A stretch of 50,672 nucleotides of DNA, filler included, from Catajapyx aquilonaris (GCA_000934665.2; 2 parts of 2 records of this genome joined end to end with filler, not necessarily neighbours in it); one strand, 5' to 3'; counted from the first letter of the whole stretch, positions 35,351 to 48,365 are shown. Numbers and translations are program-made. Notes: a model not told the origin generated them from the sequence alone.

Positions 35351-36298
35351 GCGAAAAATGGATTGCATTTGCATTAGCTGCCTGTTCACTCGGTCATGGA
35401 ACCCAGCACATCGGATAGCATTCTTCCAGGATGAAGAGTTGATCTTGGCAAGCAGCAGAAGCTCTGAGCTACAGTTGATCAGATTAGGAGACACCACTCC
35501 ATCTGTTACAGGTCCTGTGCCATTATCATGTGAGTCTGCTGCAACATTTCATCAGAAAAGCGGGTTCGCAGCTCACCATGTCATTACAGGTGCTGTGTAC
35601 CTCATGGCTGTGTTCAAATACAACCATTTTGTGGCTTTCACAGATGTCACAGGCAGAGTGATAGTCTACACTCTACAGGTTGTGAAAGCTGAAGGTGGGC
35701 TTATAGTACTGGGTAGTAATGCAGATGAATCCATCATCACCTTGCAGCAACACTGTACTCTCGCAGCATACCATCATCCATGGCATTCGGCGCCTGTTTA
35801 CTTGACCAATGGGTTGCTTATGTGGACAAGAATGTAAGTTGCACAGTAGTGTTTGTGGCCACATCCTGTGTCAGCTGCTTTTCAGGTGGTTGAGTATGAT
35901 GTTGAAGACAAACACAACACTCCCATGAATCATGCTCTGCAACAAAGTTTTCCAAAATATTATTGTTGATGGACCAATTCCTTCCCATAGTCACTATTGA
36001 ATTTGACCACATGAATCTTTTAATGGCCACCTTACATGACTATGCGCTCATTTTGGCTTCTGAACGCCAGCAAAACCGTTATGATGATAGTTGCGACAGC
36101 TTTGAAATCACTCAGCATTTTAACTTATGCATAGAAAATTCTCTGCCAGCTTCTTCACATGAAATCTGAATTTTGTCAGCATTACAGCATCTTTAGCATC
36201 TGCGAGTGCAAGGGAAGCAATAGGCTGTTGAAGTTAATATGCCTGACATGAAGAACAAGCGGCTTCCTGCTATGAAGAAGGAAATGACTGGCATCTAA
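35351..36298 (+). pseudogene. UTP4: UTP4/cirhin (CIRH1A)-like unprocessed pseudogene, C-terminal exons
   Basis: Manual splicing uses introns 35530-35589, 35679-35747, 35834-35885 and one ending at 36187. It gives PAHRIAFFQDEELILASS..ELQLIRL / AVYLMAV...FVAFTDVTGRVIVYTL / QHCTLAAYHHP-fs-MAF...VAYVDKN / VVEYDVEDK...-fs-PIVTIEFD......TLHD / AVEVNMPDMKNKRLPAMKKEMTGI*. This is colinear with the recalled human UTP4 C-terminus (LHCTVPAYNFPVTAMAI, VFEYSIPDK, PITHISFHP...LLHD, AVERP...PPIKKKKFGT*). Frameshifts and stops are present. Confidence 0.75.
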
Positions 36299-36316
36299 AG
36301 TGCTAATTTAGAAGTC

Positions 36317-36620
36317 GTGTGGGCGTAGATAAGGGGGGGTTTTGGGGGTTCAAACCCCCCTCCCCCCCATTCCAAAACTAAAGAGGGGGGGAAAAAACTG
36401 AAAAAAAGAAAAAAACGGGGGGAAACTCGCAAAAATCCTCTAGAACAGTGCAAAATTGCACTGTTCTATGGGTTATTTTCCGTTTTGCGGGGTGGGGTCG
36501 CGAGGAAGAGTTGTGACCTTGAACCGGAAAAAATTTCGCCTGCGGCGGGCCCTGCGCCCCCCCCCCCCCGAGAAGTTCCCTTGGGCCCCTCCCAGAAAAA
36601 AAATCCTTGATCCGCCCCTG
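36317..36620. mobile_element. GC-tract MITE ends (GGGCGTAG / GATCCGCCCCTG types), probably hAT-like
   Basis: GGGCGTAGATAAGGGGGGG...CAAACCCCCC at 36321 and CCTTGATCCGCCCCTG ending at 36620. A matching CCTACGCCCGTG end lies at 37560-37571. Nesting order unclear. Confidence 0.55.
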
Positions 36621-36659
36621 GGCCCCGGCAATGTCCGATGTACCGGCCGTGTTATTGTA

Positions 36660-37511
36660 GGGGAGAGGGCTGTACCTTGAGTACAATGTACCTTGGAACA
36701 CTCAATGTACCACAGCTCGTGTTGACATGTACCGTACCACTTTCTGAATCAAAGGATGCATATGCCCCCTAGTTAGAAGCAGACCCTAGCAGGTTGCCAT
36801 TTTGGAGGTAGTGAGTGGCGGAGGTGTTTTTTCATACTCAAAAGTAAGTTTTTTGGCAGGCCTTTTGTCGATTATTGCTCCTGTCATATAACAGATTTGT
36901 AGTAGATGAAGTTCTGCTCTGAAGTGTACACCAATAGTCTACAGTGCTGAATCATTATTACCTACCAATCATGTAATGCACGAAAGAGAGGCAAGTTCAT
37001 TTCTAAAAGTAGCCCTGCATGTACTATATCGCCCAAAAAGATAGAGACGATTTTGCATTTGACTCAAGTGCAACTTGCACTTGAATCAAATGCCAATCGT
37101 CTCTATCTTTTTGAGCGATATATAGTACCTTGGAACACATCAGCTAGGGTGTTGTGTCAGGGTGTCATCAAGAATAGTGTTCAAAATTGGCTTTGAAAAG
37201 AATGAAAACTACAACGTGAAATAAAATATTTGCATTGTTGAGCCTAATATCATGCTGGAAAATAAATTGTTCCGAGGATACATCAGATTGTTCCAAGGTA
37301 CATCAGCATGTTGTACCATGGAACATTTGCAACACTATCACATATTAATTAATTTTAGTAAAGTTATTAGTGACATACAAAATGGGTAAGTTCCATTGTG
37401 TGGGCAACAATATGCTTTATACATGGCTAGTTTCACATGTTGAAAACATGAACAACTTTACTAAATAAAAATAAATGTTGAAAAAGTGTTCCATGGTACA
37501 GCCCTCTCCCC
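36660..37511. mobile_element. TA-flanked TIR element (Tc1/pogo-like, non-autonomous)
   Basis: TA|GGGGAGAGGGCTGTACC ... GGTACAGCCCTCTCCCC|TA, with internal GTACCTTGGAACA repeats. Confidence 0.83.
37025..37122. repeat. Near-perfect hairpin of about 98 bp (mini fold-back element)
   Basis: TATATCGCCCAAAAAGATAGAGACGATT...CAAGTGCAA-C-TTGCACTTG...AATCGTCTCTATCTTTTTGAGCGATATA. Confidence 0.88.
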
Positions 37512-37917
37512 TACTCNNNNNNNNNNNNNNNNNCCCCCCCCCCCCATTGAAAATCTATACCTACGCCCGTGCATGTGATACATTTCTATGAGGCCTCGCA
37601 CAGAACAGAAATCAGGCATATTTTTTAAAATCTCGCAGACGCTCATATTTTGTCATGACACCAGATGACACCTTATTCAAGTTTGGCATAGTTGGACAAC
37701 TTTCCAAAACGTTCCAATGAAAGTGAAACTATTAAGATGAGGCGAGAGGTTGCGAAAATCTTACCCATTACTTTGATCAGCAGGAATTAACCTGGTTTGA
37801 CAGATACTGTATACTGATGTGAGGTAAATTCTGAAACACACGATAGGGTACAGCATGACTGTGACTATATAGCCTTGCTGGGCTGGTTCTGTAAAATACG
37901 TTTCAGGTTTTTAAATA

Positions 37918-38305
37918 CAGTGGAGCATCGATTATCCGAACAGAGTCTGCCAATAAGGGGGTGTTCGGATAACTGATTGTTCGGATAACCGATCATTTAT
38001 TACGGAAAAAATTGTACCGGTGCCATAGGAGCAATATGAAACTCAGAAACAGTGATATTAACCACAGAACTGCATCTTTTCTGTCACAGGCACGTCTTAA
38101 AAATACTGTACATAATTATACCTTACTGTCCTTACATGAAGTAGTCCTACAGTTAAGGGGGGGGGGGGGGATTTCTTTTGCTTGAGAGCCGAGGCTAGTT
38201 TTTTGGCGGCTAAATCGCGCTTTTTTCTCTTTTTTTGCCGACCCGAAAACGTTCGGTTAACCGATGGTTCGGTTGATCGGGGTTCGGATAATCGATGCTC
38301 CACTG
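37918..38305. mobile_element. pogo/Tigger-type MITE
   Basis: TA|CAGTGGAGCATCGATTATCCGAAC ... GTTCGGATAATCGATGCTCCACTG|TA, a perfect 24-bp TIR. Confidence 0.9.
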
Positions 38306-38655
38306 TAGCTTGAAATAATTCATCAAAATAATTCTTAATATATACGTGCAAGACAACTGGCTATCAATAAAATACCTTCCCCTACAAATAGCAACTTAAT
38401 TCCTACATACAGCACCACGATGATACGATTGCTGTCCTTCATACTGCGGAGACCGTGCGCAATCCGTGTGCATTCCTTTCGAGTGCGTAAATCTTTGAAT
38501 GTGGTGGGAAGGTTGAGAATCCAAACTTGCACAAAATTAAGTTTCATCTCACAAGAAAATTTGGAGTTGCACGTAGCTTGCAAAACTACAGCAGTAAACA
38601 AATGTGTAAGTCATCTGCAGTTTTATTTGATTTTGATTGATTTGATTATTTTACC

Positions 38656-40232
<1,577 letters not shown>

Positions 40233-40240
40233 ATTTTACC

Positions 40241-40530
40241 GGCCACGCCACATCCGGGTCCGTGCAGCCCGTGTTGTGGACCCCGTTCCTTTCTTTCGGG
40301 CTGGGACACTGCTGGGCGCTGGCACGCTTCTTGTGTCTTTGTCTCGGCTTTGTCTGGTTGGAAAACCTGTGCCAATTGTTCTCACTTCCTGGTCGAGTGA
40401 CTTCGACGCTGCATCGACGACGGTTCCGTCGTTCGAACGATCGAGTAGAAGGGGAAAGAGCAAGGGAGAGAGAGCAGCAACCACGGTAAGAACTTTCAAC
40501 GGCTGAATTCGGACAGAGGTAGTGCGTACG
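40241..40530 (+). promoter_or_regulatory. CpG-rich candidate promoter with a probable non-coding first exon
   Basis: GC- and CpG-rich stretch with no TIRs. ETS-like CACTTCCTGG at 40383. Strong splice donor CACG|GTAAGA at 40485/40486. Confidence 0.5.
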
Positions 40531-41292
40531 TACTACTGGTACGTAAAGTCCTGGATTTTTGAAAAGTTTGAATTTTAACTCATCTGGGAAATGTTGAGCC
40601 GTGATCACAATTTTTTAAACGTATAAATAACTATTGTAACTCCACTCAATGCTAAACAGGTAAACGCCATACGAAGCATCTCCCTATTGTACCAATCGAA
40701 TCGTCGCGTTGTGTGCAGTAATGGTTAAAAAAAAAATACCGTGGCTAAAACTCGTTAAGACTAATAGCAATAAATAAATTCAAGATGCAAGGACTTGATT
40801 GTCATTTATCTCGGCACGGCAGTTTCCACTGCACAGGTAGTCGGTTAATCACATAATGCATGGCGTCCTGTCAGCTACGTTTATTGCAAGTTGGGCTAGA
40901 AGCGTCAGGCAGTGATATCTCGAGAGCATAATTTTCCATTTTCAATATTTAATTATGTTCCAAGGGAATTCGCCATCCATTCTAGCTATACCCAAACCAT
41001 CAGTAATCAAGTTTGAATTTCAAATTGATATAGAATTTTCTGCTCATTTGTTTTTCCAGCAAATATGCCTCAAGGACGATGAAGCTGGCTAGATACATGG
41101 GGTATTATTTTGTAGCTCTGTCTTAGTCATGAGTATCATAATCTTGTTAATACAGTTAGGTGCTCAAACTGTGTGTGTGAAGTCCCAAGTATCCTTATCA
41201 TATAGTTTCACTTGTATCCATTTCTTTCATGGAACTTTATATCCACAATCTACTGTACATTTCTTACTTCTTAACTTCGAAATAATCAATAA

Positions 41293-42640
41293 GAGCAAAA
41301 ACATTTCCTTCAGTGAAAAAAAGGTTAGTAAGACCCTCGTGGCGGAATGAAAGTACTGAAACAAGGCAGGCGCACGTAAGAGTGGTAAGACCTTCACCTA
41401 TTGATTTAAGCTGTACCATCGGTCTTACTCAAGCAATTTCCAAAATTGTACTGCTCAAAAAGTCACCTTTCTGAAAACTGAAATGAGGCACTCCATATAC
41501 TATAGGTGTGTTTTCTGAAATTAGGATCTTCAACGTTAAGCACATAGTATTTCTGTATTATTGTTGAGAATCTATGGCCATGAAATATTTATGCATAATC
41601 ATCGCTTCTTTTAGATACTGATTTTAACTATAATGCTTAATTTTTCAACATGGAGATGTAAATTGGGGATTTTTAGAGCCTCTTTTTCAATGGGGTGCTG
41701 CATTTTCAAGAGCGAACATTTGAAAGTCTGTTCGGATGAGTTCAGTTTTTTTCCAACATAAAACATTGCTTTCTGCTATAAGCAGTTTGCAGCAGTAGGC
41801 CTACAACTTTTTTACGAGACATTCCGCAACAATCCTTCAGAATGGGGAAGTAGCCTTCATTTTGGAAACTACATAATAAATTCGCCCATATTTTTTGGAT
41901 TTTTTTGGCATATTCCGTTTTAAGATATCAGCTTTAGTTCCGGAGTAATTGGGGTTTTTATGTAGGGAAATGGTGACGTCACTGTTTCCCTAGAAAATGT
42001 TGACGTCACGCGAAGTGAAATGAACGCAAAAATGATGTTATAGAACGCGCCCCGTCATTGTTGCAAAATGCTTCGCTGTGGTTAGCAACCGTCCCATTCC
42101 ATGAGCAAGATAGCGGCCGGGGCGCGTTTTTACTTCACGCCGCTCAATCAGCTGAGGGGCTGGCAGGGGTGCCAACTGGCAGGAATCATCTGTCACCCGA
42201 ATTCGGCACATGAAGGCCCCCTTTCTCCACCTCGATGGCCTACAGCCGCCTTGCGAATGCTTTCCGTCGTGTCCGCGGTTAATTCAAAGTCAAGTTCCTC
42301 ATCTCTCGCAGTCAACCAGGCATTTCAGTGTACCCTTTCGATTGGCTCCGGCGTTTTTCCCGCCAATTTTGAAGGCACTTTTAAATGTGCCGTAATTTAT
42401 CCAGTAATGTCATTTTGATGCAACAGAGTGATGGAATGTATGTTTACAGCCATGGGCTAGCTAGTTATGAACAAAAATCCCAAATCCCAGACCAAGGCTA
42501 GTTCCCCATTGCTTGAGTAAGACCTATGGTACATCTTAAATCAATAGGTGGAGGTTTAGTGGAGCATTGTTGCAGTACTTTCATTCCGCCACGGAGGTGT
42601 CTTACTACCCTTTTTTTCACTGAAGGGCATGTTTTTGCTC
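41293..42640. mobile_element. Sola3-like non-autonomous element, TIRs about 140 bp
   Basis: Ends GAGCAAAAACAT..CCTTCAGTGAAAAAAAGG and CCTTTTTTTCACTGAAGGGCATGTTTTTGCTC. GAG/CTC termini. The flanks ATAA and TTAT each differ from TTAA by one base. Confidence 0.75.
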
Positions 42641-42663
42641 TTATTTCAGTTCTTTTTTTTAAA

Positions 42664-42900
42664 CCCCTTCGCTACCAGCTGTACCGCCATCGCCTAGAAC
42701 CTACATTTTCTCATACACGTACTCTGATGATAAGAACAAGATATTTTACAAAATAATAACAGCTATAGTGCTATGCGAATCATATACTAACACGTTTATG
42801 CTCTACACTACAGTCTGCGCTATGAATGTATTGGGAGACTATTTTCGTCGCTTAGAAATCCCTAAAATGATTTTCACAGAGATAGTCGTAAAAAAATTAC
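42664..42900 (+). mobile_element. Solo arm of the piggyBac-type fold-back family (463-1262, 20941-21915)
   Basis: CCCCTTC...ACGTACTC...ACAAGATATTTTACAAAATAATAACAGCTATA...TAGAAATCCCTAAA matches the left arm at 463-630. Confidence 0.7.
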
Positions 42901-43000
42901 ATTAGGTTGTGTTGGGGACACAAGCCGCAGCTTTTGTGGGCTCAACCTAAGTAGGATGTAAAACACACTGGTCCCAGCACAGCGGGGTGGTAACTGGTAA

Positions 43001-43103
43001 GATCCTCCAGGGGTATGCAACCCGCAATACAGGGCGGATCCTCCAGGGCTATGCAACCCGCAATGCAAGGTAGATCTTCCAGGGGTAGGCAACCAACAAT
43101 ACA
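43001..43103. repeat. 36-bp minisatellite, about 3 copies
   Basis: GATC(C/T)TCCAGGG.TA.GCAACC..CAAT.CA at 43001, 43037 and 43073. Confidence 0.85.
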
Positions 43104-43445
43104 TTCAGCAGGGTTACCGCCATTGTTGTCACAGTGTTGCCATTAGTTGCAAATAACAGCTATTTAGCAGATAGCAGCTACGAGAGATAGCAGATGGGGC
43201 GCGCGCGGAAATTTTTCTATAAAGCAGCTATTTATGGCAACAGCTATTTTTGGCTTAATAGCTATTTCTGAGCATGGTTGCCAGATGTGCGAGAAAATAG
43301 CTATTTTGGGTGCATTCAGGTGGTTGATGGTTGGAAATATTAGATAGGTAAAGGCTAAATGCTATTTTTGAGCATGGTTGCCAGATGTAACATGTAAGGT
43401 TGGGGGCAGGCTGGGGTCAGGTAAGTACCTTAGACCATAATTATA

Positions 43446-44007
43446 CAGGGTGTAAATGAATTCAATCGACAAACTTGTAGGGGTAATAGAGGGGACCAAG
43501 ACAAGTATTTTTGACATAGGAACCCGTGTCCGGAAACGCCATCTAGAGGGGGTTCATAGACAAGGAACGGGTGTGCTCAGACGCGTCAGGAGGGAGGCGC
43601 TAGGCGAGCGGACTGTTTTGTTGATAGAGATCGCGCAGTTGTTGCCAGGTTATGGCATATCGCGTCGTCGTAAGCAAACAACGACGTGATACGCCATAAC
43701 ATGGCAACAACAGAACCGTTGTTTACTCTCCACGCGTCTCCTAGGAGGCGGACTTTAGTTGCTAGATGGCTCTGTTGTTGCCAGGTTAAGGCACATCTCA
43801 CCTTTGTTTACTATCCGAGCGCCATCTATCAACAAATCAGTCCGCTTGCGTAGCGCCTCCCGCGTGGAGCGTCTGAGCGCACCCGTTCCTCGTCTATGAA
43901 CCCCCTCTAGATGGCGTTTCCGGACACGGGTTCCTATGTCAAAAATACTTGTCTTGGTCCCCTCTATTACCCCTACAAGTTTGTCGATTGAATTCATTTA
44001 CACCCTG
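43446..44007. mobile_element. Young Tc1/mariner-type fold-back MITE (CAGGGTG termini)
   Basis: TA|CAGGGTGTAAATGAATTCAATCGAC ... GTCGATTGAATTCATTTACACCCTG|TA. The first ~115 bp of the two arms are identical. Confidence 0.92.
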
Positions 44008-44383
44008 TATACCTGTAGGCGCTCCCTCTCCCTCTCAAAAGTGGGCCCAACATCTCCGAGGGGGGGGGGGATCACGTGACTTCGGGCAAAAGGGAGGCGG
44101 GAAGACGAAATTAACATGGCGCCTTATGGGGATTCCGACTATCTTTGCGCCGTCACTGTGAGGCGCCTATTGGGACTAAAAATATGCAATGCATACCAAG
44201 TGATAGCTCCACTCATGCCCCGTCTCATGCCGTACATCTCCATCCGGGAGGTTGAGCGTGGAAGGCCATAGAAAATCCTACACTTTAAAGTGTAGGATGT
44301 CATTGTTTCTCGCCGTAAGTGCAGTTTGTGTCACTGCATCACTCAAACAACCACATTAAAATGTTCCAAATTTTAATATGTTG

Positions 44384-44536
44384 TAAAGACAATCTAACTC
44401 TGCATATTGCACCAACTCGGGGCCGATTATAGAGGTTAATTTAATTATTCGAAAATAAAAAAGTGAGCATTTGAGTGATATCGGCACTTAGGGCAGCTTG
44501 AGTTAGGTACTGATGGATCAAAGTCCGTGCAAAACC

Positions 44537-44611
<75 letters not shown>

Positions 44612-45000
44612 TCATACCCCGTTATCAGCCATCGGCTCTTTAGGGGGGAAGTTTGTTTTGCCTGGAACTCTTTGCTTTCATTTTACTGTGCTCTTTGGGA
44701 TAGGATAGGGACGGAAGGAAGCGGCTGTGGCCTATTAATTACGGAAGCAATTCCGGAATTTTCCTGGAAGGACCGTGGGAAACCACAGAAAACCACGTTC
44801 AGAGTTGCCGGGTCCGGGATTCGAACCCAGGACTTCCCGATTAGCAGTCGGACGCCTTATCCACTATGCCAACCTGCTTCGGTTAGTAATAATAATAAGA
44901 GGCACAATTATTATTACTGCTACTATTGCTGATGCTGCTGCTATTATTTATATTATTATTATTATTATTCTTATTCTTATTCTTCTTCTTCTTCTTCTTC

Positions 45001-45047
<47 letters not shown>

Positions 45048-45200
45048 GGTTTTGCACGGACTTTGATCCATCAGTACCTAACTCAAGCTGCCCTAAGTTC
45101 CGATATCACTCATATGCTCACTTTTTTATTTTCGAATAATTAAATCAACCTCTATAATCGGCCCCGAGTTGGTGCAATATGCAGAGTTAGATTGTCTTTA
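44384..45200. mobile_element. TIR element (arms about 150 bp) with a microsatellite core and a nested SINE
   Basis: TAAAGACAATCTAACTCTGC...GTGCAAAACC (44384-44536) is inverted at 45048-45200. The interior is (AAT)n, a SINE, then (ATT)/(CTT)n. Confidence 0.85.
44540..44883 (-). mobile_element. tRNA-derived SINE, family A
   Basis: Closely matches 2131-2439 and has a long (ATT)n tail. Confidence 0.92.
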
Positions 45201-45905
45201 TAGTCCGGATGTTAAGCCACAAAAATCGACCCCACCTTGCATTTTGGTATTAAAGCATTCCGCTTTGCTGAATGACTATATGGACCCTCCCCTTCATTTT
45301 AAGAAATGTTGCCACGGTCGGAACCCGTGCAGAGGCACGATGTACAGGGTGACTACCGCTCAGGGACTGGTATTGGTGAAACCCGATTCTGAGCGACAGA
45401 AATGACCGATCGACATCCGGTTTTTTACCAGTTTGGGCGGGAATGGATGCCGGACTATTCCCAATCAAAAGTTATCCTCAAATTCTAATTTTCCAGCCAA
45501 AAAATGTAAAAAAAAGCAAAGTGTAGTTTAACCCTTTAATTGATAATGTCCCTCCTGAGGGACATTCAATTTCAAAATTTTTTAACGGGCCCGCCAGAAA
45601 GAAAGTGCGCGAAAATGGATGCCCATCATCTGGCACCGAACCTCGACTAACGCACATGTGTACTTCGCCATCATTCTGTTGGGAAAAGCTTGCACCATGA
45701 AAACACAAGATCAATCCAACATGGCGGCCGCTCCAGAAGCGGTTGCCTCGCAGCCGGTAAGAAACTCTTTTTTTTAAAATTGCCGTAACATGGTTTTGAG
45801 AGACATGAAATAAGCTCCAGTGAGTGCATGAAGCATGTGATCAGACCAGCCTCTCAGTTCTCTCATAAAACTAATATTACGATCGTAATAGTTGGCTATT
45901 AACCT

Positions 45906-46870
45906 ATGTACCCCAGGAGGGACATTGCCAATTCAAGGGTGATTTATGATTTCAGTTTGTGCACTGGAAGTTCTACCTTTGAAGGAGTAGATTTCTCAGA
46001 AGAGGAAGAGCAGGTGGGTGTTGGAGGAAAGGTTGTGGTGCAGCTATGTAAAACGATTGATGATAGGAAGGAGACTGTGGTGTATTTTGATAATTTCTTT
46101 TGCAGTCTAGAACTGATCATGTACCTCAAAGACAATTTGGACTTGCACAGCCTGGGAACACTGAGAGAGAATCGTCTGAGGGGGTGTGAGTTAATGTCTC
46201 TAAAGGATATGAAAAAAGAAGTGAGGGGAGCGATTGATTACAAAGTTGATAATGTTGCAGGAATTGCCGTAGTAAAATGGATGTACAGCAAGGCTGTTCT
46301 CCTAGTAAGTTCATGCTCATCAGTTGAGCCCTGGGATATTGCAAAAAGGAGAAAAAAAGGGTTCCAAGTTAACTGCCCAAATGTGGTAAGGGAGTATAAG
46401 TGTATAACAGACACATGGGTGGCGTAGATTCGGCCGACATGTTGGTGGCACTTTACAGAACTCGACTTAAAACACGAAGGTGGTACTTGACCATTTTTGC
46501 GCAGATGATAGATGTGGCATTCATTAACGGGTGGTTGTTGTACCGCGGAGACATGGCACTTCTAGGTAGGAGGAAAGCAGTAAGCCTGAAGGAATTCCGC
46601 ATGGATGTTGGTAATGCTTTGATTCGGTCAGGGAAGCCTAAAAGAGGTAGACCATCCCTTCAGCATCCTCAGCCATCAAAAAAATAAAGACACCCACTTT
46701 TCCAAGACCAGGCTGTGACATCCGATATGATGGGATTGGCCATTTCCCTATTTTTGGGGTGAAGGGAAGATGCAGGCTGTGCTGTTCGGGAAAAACAAAA
46801 GTAATGTGCCAAAAGTGTGACTTGCGATTGTTTACTGGAAAACAGGAACTGTTTTTTTCATTTCCATAAC
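45906..46870 (+). pseudogene. piggyBac (PGBD2/3-like) transposase pseudogene, N-terminal half missing, frameshifted
   Basis: VYFDNFFCSLEL...GTLRENRL; frameshift to YNRHMGGVDSADML...RRWY...INGWLLY; frameshift to DIRYDGIGHFP...GRCRLC....KVMCQKC (C-terminal Cys-rich domain). Confidence 0.93.
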
Positions 46871-47177
46871 CAGCAGCGATCTGTAGGTAACTTATTCTTA
46901 TGGAAGTGAAAAAAATATATTGTGAATTCTTGTTATGGGAGTGAAATTGTGAAAGGTCTGTTTGCAATACATAATATGCGGTGGTTTATGTGATACCTGT
47001 GTCACCTACATCAAACCATATGTTTTTATCAAGGGAATATGTTGTTTTTACTAACTTATACTGAATAAACTATATCATTCCATGTGTCATTGTCTTCCTT
47101 GTGATATCCCTAATTTGTTAATGCATCTCTGGAGATAAGTACCATACAGTTCGTATTTTCGGAGCTACAGCGACTTG

Positions 47178-47665
47178 AAAAAGACTTTTCACTCGCTGAA
47201 GGGTGGCCAATCCGCAATTACGGGCCTCCGGGGCCAAAACGGGAGTGGCGCCATATCAGCATTTGAAGAGTATGGTCTCAAGGACATTCGTACCAAATTT
47301 CATGCTTTTATCACCAAGTGCACTGATGACCCTTATTGTTTCGTCCCTTAACTCCATGACAATGTATGTGTCGCGGTAGCTTCGAAAAGATGGACTGTAC
47401 GTGGAAAAGGTACTGTAAACTTTTTGTAGCATACATGTTTCTCTACAACTTTCGTTTGGAACATATCAGCCCGAGAAGCATGGTTCGCTCATAAAAAGAC
47501 TTTTCACTCGCTGCAGGGTAGCCAACCCGCAAAGACGGGGCCTCCTGGTCGAAAACGGGCGTGGCACCATATCTGGATTTGAAGAGTAGGGTCGCAAGGA
47601 CATTTGTACCAAATTTCATACTTTCATCACCAAACGCACGGTTGACCCTTTTTTTCGTACCTTAA
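47178..47665. repeat. Diverged direct repeat of about 175 bp, copies about 315 bp apart
   Basis: AAAAGACTTTTCACTCGCTG.AGGGT.GCCAA...GTACCAAATTTCAT.CTTT.ATCACCAA...CCTTAA at about 47178-47351 and 47493-47665. Confidence 0.8.
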
Positions 47666-47829
47666 CCCTTTAATTGGCAATGTGCCTCCTGGGGCACATA
47701 GCGAAAAACAGGGAAGGCGACAATTAAAAAAAAAAGAGCGATTGCAGCATATCATACGAATTATTTTAGTAGAGAAATACAACAGACATAATTTTACTAA
47801 TGTCCTTTCTATGTTTGCCAATTAAAGGG
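47666..47829. mobile_element. 164-bp piggyBac mini-element of the same family as the 45532 end
   Basis: TTAA|CCCTTTAATTGGCAA ... TTGCCAATTAAAGGG|TTAA, a perfect 15-bp TIR. The left end continues ATGTGCCTCCTGGGGCACAT, similar to 45546-45566. Confidence 0.88.
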
Positions 47830-48063
47830 TTAAAGAAATTCAAAAAGGTCCGATGATCTGGAAACCCGTTAAAGCACCGTAGAAATGTGTAGAGATGAAA
47901 TAGAAGCTCTCAATTTCAGGGTTTATAATGATGTACTCCAGATGCCTGTGCGATAATTAGAAACCCATTAATCCCCGTAAACAAGATGGCCGGCGCGTGG
48001 CGCCCCGTGGGCGCCGCCTATTTCCCAGCCGCGCATAGTCATACACACACAAATATATATTTA

Positions 48064-48365
48064 TGTCTTCAATAAGGTCTGGGGACGGAAGTTTCTACTT
48101 TTACTGCAGCTGTAGGGACGTCTGTCCCCACAGTTCGAATTGCGGGGAGATTTGTCGGTCCCCACAGAATATTCATACAGGATGTGTACTATTACAGTGG
48201 GGACATGTCGCAATTAGTGGGGACATGTCCCCGCTATTTCCATTTGTAGGGTTTCACAAAAGTCCATTTTTCTCAGCCTAGGTCAGTTAGGGTAGGGTAG
48301 GTTAGGTTAGTTTTCACTAGCTTCGAAAAGTTGAATTTTCACGTCCCCACACCTTAGTGAAGACA
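48064..48365 (-). mobile_element. MITE related to 33455-33805, opposite orientation
   Basis: TIRs TGTCTTCAATAAGG / CCTTAGTGAAGACA. Contains TAGGG/TTAGG repeats and CACTAGCTT.GAAAAGTTG. Confidence 0.78.

Larger units (their letters stand above)
45532..47829 (+). mobile_element. Defective or composite piggyBac element
   Basis: TTAA|CCCTTTAATTG at 45528-45542 and CAATTAAAGGG|TTAA at 47819-47833, enclosing a transposase relic. Confidence 0.8.

Noticed and set aside
35298..35837. 179-aa ORF as an intact novel gene
   Set aside because: It starts in a CAGGGTG MITE end and reads through two in-frame introns of the UTP4-like relic.
43001..43103. CRISPR-like 36-bp periodicity
   Set aside because: The units are head-to-tail with no unique spacers, there are no cas genes, and the context is eukaryotic.
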